NCBI RefSeq assembly: GCF_964355755.1
Contig: NC_092678.1
Location: forward strand, 822,422-886,421
DNA from: Antedon mediterranea
Taxonomy: Eukaryota; Animalia; Echinodermata
Direction of reading: 5' to 3'
Length of the DNA: 64,000 nucleotides
Under the pieces are notes generated by a model. The model was not told the DNA's origin. It was given only the letters and a program-made list of their open reading frames with translations, and did no database searches. Positions within the stretch are counted from its first letter, which is position 1. The number at the start of each line of letters is the position of its first letter. A program made the translations under genes and the position numbers. This document shows, piece after piece, positions 25,677 through 38,738 of the stretch.

Positions 25677-28600
25677 GGATTCTAATATTAAACTAGTGGA
25701 AAGCATAAACAAAACATCATAGTAAACATAATGATTGTTTATATGAAACTAATGCTGGATAGAAACTAAACTATCAATGAATGCATCCAATCCTGCAACA
25801 TATTAATAATCTATAGATCATTAATATGACAAAACAATAAAGATCCTTTACATTGACATTGACATACAGTACAGTATATCTGAAACCAGGAAAAAAAATA
25901 TGAAACTAAAATACAGAGATTGACTGGTTAATTTTGCAATAAAAAACATCAAAACAGACGGTTGTATCCGGTTGTATCTTGAAAACATGACCAACTATTA
26001 CTGATTGATTAGAGTGACCCTAAAAAATTAAACAATTTCCAAACAGACATTTTTTATTAAAAATTCAGAAAATCTGTATGGCATCATTGACATAATCCAA
26101 GTATACTTAATTGATAGATTGTCTATTGACGTGATTAGGGTGCTTTGTTTGTGGTGATAGTGATTCACTGTACTGTACACACTTAATTGATAGATTGTCT
26201 ATTGACGTGATTAGGGTGCTTTGTTTGTGGTGATAGTGATTCACTGTACCGTACACAACAATACTGACTTGATTACTGTAATATAGTATTTGGAAAACAT
26301 ATGTATACTATATTTCTAGTCAGAATATTTTCACTTCAAATAATCTCTTTTTAATAATTTCTGTTTTGAAACATTCCCTTCTTTTTCAATATTCCAGGTA
26401 CTGGATAGTATAATGTAAATTAAATAGTACAAGGTAGAGACGCTGACATTTTTATGCGGCTATTTTTATTTTTGTCTGGGCTATATTTTCTGCGTCAAAC
26501 CTAGATATAGTCGGTACAATGGTCAGCCCTATTATTCTGTAGGTCTCCAATATTAAATCTTTCTGACAAAACCCAGAGCAGAGTATAAAGAAAAGAAAAA
26601 AATTAATGATTAACAAAATAATCAAATTTACGAGGTGTGTGATGCACAGAGACAACTGTGCGTTGGTAGGCGCCTAGTTTTAAGCCTAGGTAATTAAGGC
26701 TTTCTATATGATAAATGAACAACGCTGCTAAATAGATCACATTTACTTTGCTTTTTGTTTAAATGTTTTCAATCTGTTCCACCTACTCGATCACTAGGCT
26801 GTGAAAAGTCTGGTTATTTAGTTTAAACTATAATACACAATATTAATATAACCACAGATTTAACATCTGTAAATATGCTTCTAATATCCGCAGCAACAAA
26901 CCAATTAAACTACAGACAAGACAGAAAGAATTAAAGGGGTATATAGACACAGATAGCATAGTGTAGTGGTAGTACTTCTCAATCACATTTCAATTTACAG
27001 TATTAATACGATATCAAACATAAAAACTGCTAAAGGTAAAGTATTGTACCAATTCAACAATCATTGCCCATGGTGCTGTGAACTCTTGTCAACTATACAT
27101 GCTTCTTTTCTAAGGGTCATGTCATGTCAGCGCTCTCTTATCTGCCCAATTATTAATTGATGTTTAACTGTACTTTTTACCAATTTTATTTTAAAGTGCA
27201 GTTTTGACTTAACCCAGGAATGATTAATGTTCGATTTATGAATAGTTAATAAATAGCGACCTTTGATATTGGGATGAGAGATTAATTTTAAATTTACCAA
27301 TAAAGTCCCAATAATGAAGAGAACAGCTTATACTGTCACAGACTAATCTCTTCATCGTCCACCGTCCCAATAATAATGAAGAGAACAGCTTATACCGTCA
27401 CAGACTAATCTCTTCATCGTCCACCGTCTAAAATTGAAAACTCACTACAGTACATTTGTAATATTGATGATCGAGCAATAAATGTTAAGCTGACAACGTA
27501 CTGTATCGCCTCAGAACAGGATCTACTATACACTAAATCATTTTGAAATAATTGAGACAGACATTTTACATTTTATTGCAAACATGATTTATTACATACA
27601 TTCACAAGTAATCCCACAATGTATTACAACAATAAAAGCCATAAATATTTTATATTAAAAATTATTGACAAGCCAACTTTACATTTTAAATACATTTATA
27701 TTTTACAATCTTAAATAGAAAATGGCAATATAGATAGTTACTGCAACTATATCAATTAAACACAGCATCATATACAGTATTACATATAAAGTAGACCAAT
27801 AGCGATTGGCCCATTGGAAGCTAAGCACACACTTAAAATGCTGCTGAATTTAATCTAAGCACAATTTGATGTACTGTACACAATAATTATTAAACAAGTT
27901 TAATATAGTAATATATTTTCATTCAAAGTAGACTAAATTTAAACACAGAAGTGCAATAATTTTTATATTTTTACTTCAAGAGACCTAAAGCTTATACACT
28001 ATAAAATGTAAACGACTGAAATATTAATGAGTTTAATATTTACTTAACATCATGAAAATGATAAAATATGAAGTTGTGTACTTAACAAGTTTAGTAGTTA
28101 GTATTTTCCAAACACATTTTGGATATATTACGGGTAGAATATAACTACAGAATATTAATTTGTCCTATACTTGATGCATAGAGATATTCACTATAATATC
28201 TCTATACTTGATGCTATACGACGTCGTTAAACCTATTTAATGATAGGCCTATAGGTTATTTACTACTATAAGTCATACCCTTACTAATACACCGCCATAG
28301 GCTACACAGGCCTTGCAAATCGCAATTTATTTATGATCAAAAATATAAAAAATTTGATGCTGTTGTTGCAAATAAATGGGTTGAAGAAATGTGAACTATA
28401 AATATGATTAGAATATGAAAAAAAAAGAACTTTTTTTAATAAATTGATTAAGGCCTACGACTACAATACTGTACCCTGTATATGTTTTGGCAGCTTTTTT
28501 CTCATTCTTAAATTTCCTCATCTTTATCATTTCAAATGAATTAATGAACATTTACAGTGTGTATATCAACGAGCAGTTTAGTTTATTAAATAATTATTTA

Positions 28601-29457
28601 TTTAATTTACATACCGTAATATATGTTTTGGCAAGAGTATGTTTATGGCCTAATATTCAATATTCAAAACATTTCCAAAAAGATTTTCTTGTACATAACC
28701 TTAAGTTTAAGTTTTATGAATAAGAAATTTGATTTGATCGATTTTGATTTTTCTATGACAAATAAAGGAACAAGAAGTGTTTTATATCCTCTATACATTT
28801 TAAAGACAATACATCTATGTTAAAAACAAGAGTTTCTTTGTATGAACTTACTATAAGGACTTGTTGAAGTAGGTATACTTGTGACTAAGTATTCCATGAG
28901 ACAATTCACACACTATGATGGAATTAAAACTTAAAACAATCAATAAACTGTAAACAACACAAAGAAATAAACATTTTGAAGGCTTAAATTAAAAAAATTT
29001 ATCTAAAAAAAAGCATTTTAAATTATGATATCATTATTACTGTATGAGAAAATAAAAACACAAATTTAAAACGGAACAGGGAATATAGAATAAATTTTGT
29101 AGAGGAAATAATTGAAAGTTTTTTGTTTCTTTTCTTCTTCCAAAAAATAATATACTAAAAAATACCATAGCATAATGGTTTGGAGCAATTACAAGAAATT
29201 GTTAAAAAATTGTAGAAAAAATATAAATGTTTGATACAGTAGGTTTGTGTTTTTAACACGGTATCATTCCTAATAAATACAGCACAGTATTTGCCAACTA
29301 TTTCAAAGACTTTCTGACAACCTGAAATTCTACAAAAACCAGACTTTTTTATCTTTCATATGCCCAAAATTCAGATCAGAATACCAACATTTCTATAGGC
29401 CAGCCCTGTCTGGTATTAAAGAGTTGTTAGTCTATATACTTGTACTAGGATAACATT

Positions 29458-29592
29458 AAGGAAAAGTTACCCAGACGAGCGGTAATGGTAATAACAATAT
29501 AGAACCAACCTATGTTATTCCTTATGACCATTTACACACAACCTGGGGACAAGCTACATGGTTTTCCGCTTGTATATGTAAATTGGCCTTTA
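29458..29592. mobile_element. Degenerate copy of MITE family B (also at 40678-40850)
   Basis: Shares cagacgagcggtaa...tatagaacc...tatgttat...gggacaagcta...ggttttccgctt...gtaaattggc with 40678-40850. Confidence 0.6.
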
Positions 29593-31225
29593 GCCTTGAT
29601 AATGCATTCCTTTGATACAAAATATTAGGTACTGTAAGGAAAGCCAGATGAAATTATTTGAACATAATAATTAAAGATTGTGAAAGTGAATATACTGTAC
29701 AAGCAGGAAACAATAGCACATATGGTAGGATTCTCAACCACATTTAATACATGTTATTTGATACAACAAAAGAAAGGAAGGGGAGTTTTCCCGATGGAAT
29801 AACAACAACATGTTCATGTGTTGTAGGAAATCAGAAACAAAAAATGAATAAAAAAATTAAACGGTGTTGATCAAGAATAGTGGAAAATTATAAACTATAA
29901 ATGCAGCAAAATTTCAGTATATAAAACAAAACAATTTATGGGCATACTATACAGTTGGTTAGTGTGTCTAGACATAGAAAACAATGGGTCACAAAATAGG
30001 ATATAAATACACAAATAATTAGTTTAAAATAAAACTTTTTCAAAGAATTACTAAATTGTCTAAATACAATTCAGTATTTACCAGAAACATTTCTTTGAAA
30101 TTACATTAAAAATAGATTTGAATAGCCAAGCTGCATGTCACAGACTGCTAATTACGAGCTAGATTTGACATGGTACCACAAAACACAGCGGTATATGGAA
30201 TTGGACAAGGTAACCTACTGGGATTGATAAGGTAATTGTACAACAATTATCAGATAAGACCATAAATATAACTATATAGATGCAGTCATCTTTTATCATG
30301 GGCTACATTTATTCCTAAATTCTTCGCATTTAAAAAATTGTTTTAGCACCAAAAATGAGAACAAACAAAAGGTATTGAATTTGTGCTGTAATTTTTGTAC
30401 AGTATAAACATTCGAACAAACAAAATGTTTTTGAAAATTGTTAAAAGCAATATAATAAATTTTAACAAACTTTTATCTTACTTTAAAATGTAATGCGCAT
30501 TTCAATCTATTTCATTTACAGTTGTCACGATCACAAATATGCGTGTAAATTAAGAGGGTGACTAAGCTGTTTTAAAGACACACATAGTGTAGGATTAAAC
30601 AACATTTATTTATTTCAAACAACTTTATATTTTACATTTGTAATAAAGTAGATTAAGTTCGCCCGAAGTGACTGACAGTTAACCACGTTCTTCAAGGGCA
30701 TGGTACGTGACTAAGGAATAAATTGATAAGTTTACAAACTAAACAATCAACAACCAGGAAAATGAGCAGAGTGGACAAAAAGGAAACAATACAGAAACTG
30801 CATTCTTCCTATACGCTAACTGTGGTAATGATGGTCGAAAATCATATTAAATTACATGCAATAGTGATTAGTCCTTTACAATGAATCTACTGCAGTTACT
30901 GCAGTACACAATTAATCTATTGCAGTACTGTCAGGTACAGTAGTTTTCTCCAATATTCTTCCTATACAATAATGGTGGTAATGATGGTCGAAAATCAAAG
31001 TACAAATGCTTAGCAATTAGGGTTAGTGAATCTACTGCAGTTACAGTTTTCTCCAATATACAAACCTCATATAAGTTGTGATGTAAAGTCAAATAAAAGT
31101 AGGTCAACTACTATCAAAATTAAACTTCCACTTTTTTTCTTAAAAAGTCATGACTGGGCCAACTGCTTTCAACTTTTTTTCTCTCATTTTAAATCCATTC
31201 TGTTGATTGTCCTTTACTGTTTTAT

Positions 31226-31325
31226 TGTCCATCAAGTGTTACTGTATATTGTCCATTAAGTGTTACTGTATATTGTCCATCAAGTGTTACTGTATATTGT
31301 CCATCAAGTGTTACTGTATATTGCA
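31226..31325. repeat. 24-bp tandem repeat (about 4 copies) just 3' of the PRRT-like stop codon
   Basis: Unit ttgtccatcaagtgttactgtata. Confidence 0.85.
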
Positions 31326-31330
31326 GTCAT

Positions 31331-32809
31331 TCAATTACCACTCACTGTACAATTGTTTTGTTTTTGTGTGCGTTGTTGCATGTCTTTTTGACAAATAAAG
31401 TTAACATTTTCTTTGCCAACGTCAATGATTGTTAAGGGATCACTTTCACTCGTATTTGAGTTTGGCTTTTTTAGAGACGTTTCAAACACATTTACTTCAT
31501 AGTCAATGACGCTTTTCTTTTTTTCAAATGTGTTGATCACGCGTTCATTCTGACGCGGTTTGTTCTGTCGGTTCAAATAAAACCGAGATCGGAAACTGGT
31601 GAAACGAGAAGAAAATCTCGGATTTGCTTTGTCGAGGGGGTCATATTGCCGAAGTGGTTGCGTAGCAACAAAGCACATCGTGATTAACATTCCAATTTCG
31701 CATATTCTAAAGATTGTCTGGTAAGTCCACCAAGGCCACGGTTGCGGTTCCGCACGGGCGTTCGGTGCATAAACCACCAACATACCGTATAGCTGAAGAC
31801 CGCATAAGCAAAGCCCGAGCAACGCAGTGATTAGCGTTACCTTAACGGCGCTTCCCCAACGCACTTTGGGTTTCTTTGGTTCAATCGTAGAATTCGACTG
31901 AGCGTGTGAAATAAGACTAAGATGGTTTATCTCCTTCGATACACGTACGGCGGATCTGTGCAGTCGTCGAAAAATCAACAAATAACTGAAGAAAAGAAAG
32001 CTACCCCAGAAGATGAACGCCGATTGACAAAGATAAAGGACAATCTCTGGCGCAAGAAATTTGCCTGCTAACACATCTGATGTAATCGATAAAATGTAAT
32101 GAAATGTTATAATCAATCCAAGAACTTGCGGACGTTGAATTTTACGCGACAACGGCTGCATTTTAGTGGCACTCAACAGCGCCATGAATAAGATGCTAAA
32201 CGACGAAGTCAAACACGGAAACCCTAGCCCAAGCATCACATAAATGGCGGGTAAGGGCAACATGTTTTTCGATCCGTACGGGTCGACAAGAAGAAATGCA
32301 GCTCGATCAACGGCCATGATCAAAACGATTACGTTTAATGCCACAAAATATGATTTACTAGCCAGTTTTGCTGTGCTGAGTTTGATAATACAAAAGAATG
32401 AATATGCACCAATGACGGCAAACAAGCCACCACAAAAATAACAGTGAAACTGCCAACTCCAGCCCCACACATCATAAGCAATTGTCCAATTAGGGGTAGG
32501 CTCAGCAAATGCTTCATTCTGATCATCTCCTGGTTCACCTTCCGGTTCTGGCTCACCTTCCGGTTCACCCTCCGGTTCAGCCTCTGGTTCTACCTCGGTT
32601 TCAGTTTCTGGTTTGGTCTCTACTTCTGGTTCGGTTTCAACTATGGGTTCATTTTCAACTTTGGGCTCCGATTCGCTTTCCGGTTCAGGTGTTGCGGTGG
32701 CAACAACACTTTGCCTTCTGATACGGACAATTTGGCGGTCTAATGTGAATCCAGTGCATAAAACAAGGCAACATAAAAACACAGTGCACTTTAGTGAACT
32801 AAACAACAT
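31331..32809 (-). CDS. Proline-rich transmembrane protein 3/4 (PRRT3/PRRT4)-like multipass (about 7 TM) membrane protein, 492 aa, single coding exon
   Basis: Signal peptide, acidic EP-repeat region, then [46 protein letters not shown] and [16 protein letters not shown], which are motifs typical of PRRT3/4. A splice acceptor lies just upstream (about 32842) and a candidate donor near 34170. Confidence 0.85.
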   Translation of the reverse strand: MLFSSLKCTVFLCCLVLCTGFTLDRQIVRIRRQSVVATATPEPESESEPKVENEPIVETEPEVETKPETETEVEPEAEPEGEPEGEPEPEGEPGDDQNEAFAEPTPNWTIAYDVWGWSWQFHCYFCGGLFAVIGAYSFFCIIKLSTAKLASKSYFVALNVIVLIMAVDRAAFLLVDPYGSKNMLPLPAIYVMLGLGFPCLTSSFSILFMALLSATKMQPLSRKIQRPQVLGLIITFHYILSITSDVLAGKFLAPEIVLYLCQSAFIFWGSFLFFSYLLIFRRLHRSAVRVSKEINHLSLISHAQSNSTIEPKKPKVRWGSAVKVTLITALLGLCLCGLQLYGMLVVYAPNARAEPQPWPWWTYQTIFRICEIGMLITMCFVATQPLRQYDPLDKANPRFSSRFTSFRSRFYLNRQNKPRQNERVINTFEKKKSVIDYEVNVFETSLKKPNSNTSESDPLTIIDVGKENVNFICQKDMQQRTQKQNNCTVSGN

Positions 32810-34467
32810 GATGTTAGTTAAATAATTATTCCAAATCCGACCTGAAAATTGGATCTTTTAAAGTATTTCCTTTCTGACAGTCATGAGAGAATCTTCACGT
32901 AAATATCCTATTCCTTTACCCTGTAAGATAAAACATTTATACCGGTAAATTAATACTAATACAGTAGGTAAGGTTGGTACTGAATGTTCACATTTACTGA
33001 CATTAATAAAAGCTGGTATATGCTCTTTCATGATTGTAAACAATTATAATAAAGCTTTATTCAAACATGAAAACTTGGCTCAACTATCAGTTCTGCAAGG
33101 CTGTGCTTAAAAACAAAATTTACAATAATGGTTATTGAGGTATGGCACAACACTTGTACACTTACAGTACTATATGCATAGAGGTATAATTGTTTTTTAA
33201 ATTGTTAATGTTATACCTTCATGCTCTATGGCTACCAAAATGCACTTTTAATAGAAAATTAAATTACACAAACCAGTAGTGCTATTGTCGGTTTATACAG
33301 GTATGTAGGCACGATATAGACTGCAAAATTATATAATCAAAAGAAAATGTTCAATACGTGTTAAACTCTGTTTGATTAAGACGTAAATGTAGCCACCTGT
33401 CAATTATATCGGCTAGTCTCAATTGTTTTGTGTCCCTAGAGAAATGGCGTGCGATACATCAATATTCTTAATGACCACAGCCCAATAGCTAATGCTTTAA
33501 GTTAAGTAGTATTTTTGTCATTAACGTAATTACTGTACTGTATACATTTGTTAACCTATGATGGATCCTTATCTTTGTAACATCTTTAACAATAAAATTC
33601 AATTAAATCATTCTTAATTGTTTTAATTTACAGTTACTATTTATACATTTTAAAAATGAATTTGTACCTTATTAATCCATCATTGTTACCTTAATAATTT
33701 AATTGTGAAAAATATTCTAAAATAGTACGGTTTCAATTATAAATTTTATATAAATAAATGAAATAATTCTAAATATATTTTTTTTAATGCTTAGTAATAG
33801 TTAGTCTACTCTTACTGTAGATAAGAATTAAGAGAAAGAGATCAATTATTTAATAAATAATATTGGTATTATATAAATTTTGTAAATTTGATTCATCATC
33901 ATCTCTCATTGCATATAGTACGGCCCAACCAATGCCAATGGAAATCCATCTATAACAATTAAAATAATATTACATTGTTTATATAGTGTAAAACTACAAT
34001 AGGTAGTCTAGGCCAAGGTCGGGTTCGTCGGAGCGAATCTAACAAATCAACTGGTAGCAGGTAAAACCACTGCACTGGACATACCACGTCCTTGAATCAG
34101 ATTCCGCAAAATGATGAGGGCTAGAAAAATTAGAATATAAAAACAACTTTATCAAAGTTTATAAAATACTTACGATTAAGATTTCTGATACTTAAGATTA
34201 AGTCACTGTACATGTGTACTTAGTACCGTTTATGCTGGTTTGTTTGTATGATAATTCATCTGACAATAATATTTCCAATCGTCTGCTTAGTGTCGTGGTA
34301 CACAGTAGTAGTAGAAGAGCCAATGTTGTGTGGGTTTCAAATTTAATAACAATGTGCGTGCTTAGACTTACTGAGTCATGATTAGTTTGTTCGTATTGAT
34401 TACTTATTAAACCACATGGGGGCGACAGACCAATGACGTCGTTAATTTAAATATAGGAAATAATTAA

Positions 34468-35094
34468 AGCCCCATTCCCTACGTTTTTTAGATCTAATTT
34501 AAGATCACAAACTATATTTAATGTAAAAATAATACTATATGGTCCTATTGCGATAACTTTTTTCGTCTTTAAACGGTTAAAAATGTGAAAAATAAATCGA
34601 TTTTAATAATTATAGCGGCCCGCTATAAATCCCAAAATGCATTGCGCGCGGATTGATATTGTTGTTTTTCACCTGTAATTCGCCCACTTTTCGATCGATC
34701 GTGAAGCCAAAACAAATGGAAGACTCCTAACTTTTCAGCGAAAATACCGGGTTTTCCCCAATTTGTATCAACGGAGTCTGGCAAAAATAGAAAGACAATT
34801 AATGCAGCAACTCATACAACGTCAGGCTAGGTATATAGCTAGCGTACGATGTTCGTACGTTACCGATGTTTACCAGCTAGGCCTACAAAACTAAGCCTAG
34901 CTAGGCTAGGCCTGAGACCGTCCACGAGAGGTCGATCGCCGCGAGCTACTTAGGTAGTGCATTGTTTCTCACTTTTTATCATAATTTACCATAAAACGTA
35001 CATTTAAGACAAGGAATGACATGGTTTAATGTTTTTAAAGTGATATATATGTATTATTTTCCAAAAAACGTCCAAAATTGCAGGGAAGGGGTCT
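34468..35094. mobile_element. Non-autonomous DNA transposon with TTAA TSD and AG...CT ends (Kolobok-like)
   Basis: ttaa|agccccattccctac ... gcagggaaggggtct|ttaa. Confidence 0.7.
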
Positions 35095-35951
35095 TTAAGG
35101 CGCACTAATTTACGTACAGGGAATATTATTAATAACTTCAGTAGATCATACTTGTTGAATAACAATTTTATGACGTAAGTTAGGATTCTGAATACAGTAT
35201 GCATGTAAACCCATTTTTTCCCCCGAAAAATTATAACAGACCATATGTTTTAAAATGTATAATTATTATGATTTTTAATAATTTTGTTTTAAACGGAAAC
35301 GGCTGCTGGGATACTGAAGATACGAAAATAATAATAGTAAAAACAAGAGAAATATTACGGTATTAAGGATAACACCTAATCGGGTCTTATTTTGGTAAAA
35401 TAGGATCAAATGCAGTTTTATGATCATAGTTTAGTAATAATCTCAATGGATATTAATACCACAGACGAAACCTACCATACTGCATTATTTTTGACATATA
35501 CATTTTGGCATTAAATGGATTATTATTGAATAGTGTAACTTCCTCTACAATAGAGATACCTGGAGTAGGCATGCGTGTCAGCAAGCTGCTCATCAGAACC
35601 GGACGCTACGTCACTTCATATCGAATAATGTCAATCAAACCGATTAAGATCCGAAACTGTTTGTTTACATAATTCATTACCACAAACAGTAATTACAATT
35701 TAATTAAGTCATGTCCACCAGGAGGAAATACCTACTTAGACATAACACTTAAAAAAACCTTTTTAAAATTACTTATCACAGAAATTGACATAATGTATTT
35801 AAACGAATAGCATCATTTCTATGTATTTGTTCCTATTTCTGACATAACTCAGGTGTTCTTAAAATTGAGGGCGCCAAACATAAAATTTACGAGATCGAAA
35901 AGAGGCGCTAAGCCAAAGAAAAAAAAATATGGTGTGCTCCTTTAGCACGGT

Positions 35952-36169
35952 AAGGCCCTCTCACAGCCTTGGGGGTACCACAGCATCGGATGCTTTGATG
36001 TTATTGCCTCATGATGTGTGATGGAAAGGGGGACGTTTAAATCTGTGAACCCCAAACACAGAAGCTCGCATAGCTTTAACTCTTTTCCACTGACCGGTAT
36101 GGGGTTTGAACCCACGATAATCGTGTTCCACGACGCTCTACCGACTGAGCTATCCGGTCCTCTGGTTGA
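35952..36169 (-). mobile_element. tRNA-derived SINE
   Basis: The minus-strand head gaccggatagctcagtcggtagagc...gggttcaaaccc...ccggtc has A and B boxes and a defective anticodon arm. It is flanked by the direct repeat tagcacggt (35943-35951 and 36170-36178). Confidence 0.7.
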
Positions 36170-36588
36170 TAGCACGGTTAAAACTAGATTCGTTTCCTAA
36201 AAATTACATTCATGAATATGCATATTTATGACGTAACCATTAGAATGACGTAATAAGAAGCATGTATAAGAACAGACTATTATTTTCCCCGTTAGTTGTA
36301 TACATTGTGGCTTAACGGGTAATGCGCTGGTTGCAATTGGAATACCCTCAGCTCTAGCTAGGGTTCAAATCTCTACACGTTTTTTTTTTTTAATAAATAA
36401 TTTTTTTTTCTTTAGTTCTTTTTTTATAGATATTTGGAGGGTTAGGCAGAGGTTGGTCATGGACACACATATATATGCCTGTTGTGTTTATATATATATA
36501 TATATATATATATATTCTTTCATACTTCATAAGTTTAATTTCTGAGTGGGCATAGCAGATCTATTTTTCAGAGGAAGAGGGTCGGTTA

Positions 36589-38137
36589 TCTATATATAAA
36601 TTTACGTAAGGGCAAAATTCGGTAAATCGCGCCTTACTTTTAGAATTTTTACTCGATGGTATGTAAAGTTGGTTCGTACTTTCGGTACTGATTTTAACCA
36701 CCTAATGTAACCCTGTTTACTAATTAAATTAAGTTAGATAATTAGTTATTGACGATTAAAACGAATTTAGGTTCAAAGATTTGCCCCAAATAGGGGTGTT
36801 TTCCGATCGTGGTATACACTGTCTAATGGATGTCCATCTTGAAAAATACCCGCCACAAAAATGCGAGGAGGCTTCGCATTTTTCTATCTCCTCCTACGAT
36901 AATTGTTTTTAATAGCTGAAAACCGGTTGAACAGTTTGAGTACAGCATCATAATGTTGAATACAGGCCGATTTTCTTTAAAAAATACTATTTTGATACAT
37001 TTAATATACGTTTTTACAAATGTATTGATTTGTGATGAATGGAACATTCCAAGTTATTTGGTTTAACCATACAGGTATAGATTTAGATTTATGGGCCTCC
37101 TTGGAGAATAAACATAAATAGTATTGCAATGCTGTACAATACTGTTAAGGTATTAACCACTTTTGATCGCAATTTGAATCGCAAATGTCTTACTGTGAGT
37201 GTTGGTACTGTTAGATGTAATATAAAAATATATACAAATAAACTTTATTACTGTGAGTGTGGGTAGGCCCTACTGTTAGATTATAAACATATAATATACA
37301 AATAAACATTCCAAATTATTTGGTTTAACCATAGAGGTATAGATTTAGATTTATGGGCCCCCTTGGAGAATAAACATAAATAGTATTGCAATGCTGTACA
37401 ATACTGTTAAGGTATTAACCACTTTTGATCGCAATTTGAATCGCAAATTTCTTACTGTGAGTGTTGGTACTGTTAGATGTAATATAAAAATATATACAAA
37501 TAAACTTTATTACTGTGAGTGTGGGTAGGCCCTACTGTTAGATTATAAACATATAATATACAAATAAATAAACGTTATTACTGACAGTTGCTTCTCAACG
37601 TTTGTATTAATTAATAATTTAAAAATATATAAACGTCGTAGTGGTGTATCGTTACATGTACTTTACTATTTCAATCGACTATGACAGTGAGAGTTTTAAC
37701 AAAGTACCGTATTAAATCGTAAATGTTTTACTGTATTTAGTGGTATATTATTTATAGGCCTATAAAACATTAAAAACAATATTTCGTTACTGAGTGGATA
37801 AGAATATATTTTAAAATGTTTCCTCTTTGTACCTATCTTCTTCCCCATCCCTCAACCCTTAATGTTACATACAAAACACAAATTGGGTTTGTTTAAATGA
37901 GTCCAAATAAAAAAAAATTTGTTTCTCTCTCGGAAGTAATTCCCAGGGTGCTAATTTTGGTTGACTACATAAATCATTGTGTATATTTATTCGTTTCTGT
38001 AAACGACAATGTATTATAGTCCTGCGGTACGTACATTTGAAATCTCCATTTTTTTCTCGCTGGAAATACCGTGTATTCGAGAACCATCTGTGGGCACGAC
38101 CTAGATGGTACGCGAGCGAAGCGAGCGTGCCATCTAG
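36589..38137 (+). mobile_element. Non-autonomous Helitron containing an internal 262-bp tandem duplication (about 37043-37568)
   Basis: A|TC 5' end (tctatatataa). The 3' hairpin ctagatggtacgc...gcgtgccatctag ends in CTAG|T. No TSD. Confidence 0.65.
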
Positions 38138-38738
38138 TTTAAAAGTAATAATCAAAGAGAATTTTAACGGAATTGATCTCGGCACCTTCGCTCGTTCCGT
38201 GTTAAAATCAAGTTCTTGATTCTTTTTGCTTTTACTTGTCGAAATAAAAAACAAAATGACGTATTACGTTTATACCACATTTTGCAACATCAAGATGATA
38301 TACAAACATACAATACATACAACATTGATAATAAAACATTTATTTTGTAAAAATAATGTATTCTACTACATAATAATGTTTTTTTATAATATATATTTGA
38401 CGATCTCGAAGCTGCAGAGACGGTACAGTACAAATTACTGTTTTTAATATAAACAATCCCTAATGGTGAATGAACGTTTCATACAACCTCTTATTGCAAA
38501 CAAAATATTGTTCAATAAATCCTCACCATTTTGCTGGTTTCAGTTTTGTTTTTGCCGATTTAGGATAAAAATAAAACTCCTTTATATATTTCTTATTTTA
38601 AAAATGTTCTCAATTGAATAATTGTCTTTCGCTCTCTGTGGCTGCAGCAAATTCTATGCAAAAGAAATCGAACAATGTTACCAACCATTCACCATGTAGG
38701 GGTCACTTTCCTTGACCTATAGGGGTTTCTAAGCAGTG

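Noticed and set aside
32244-32825. Plus-strand ORFs overlapping the PRRT-like gene, and similar antisense ORFs over SRCR exons
   Set aside because: They are antisense shadows of real coding exons.
36088-36160. Functional tRNA gene
   Set aside because: The anticodon arm is defective, and it is followed by a SINE body and flanked by direct repeats.
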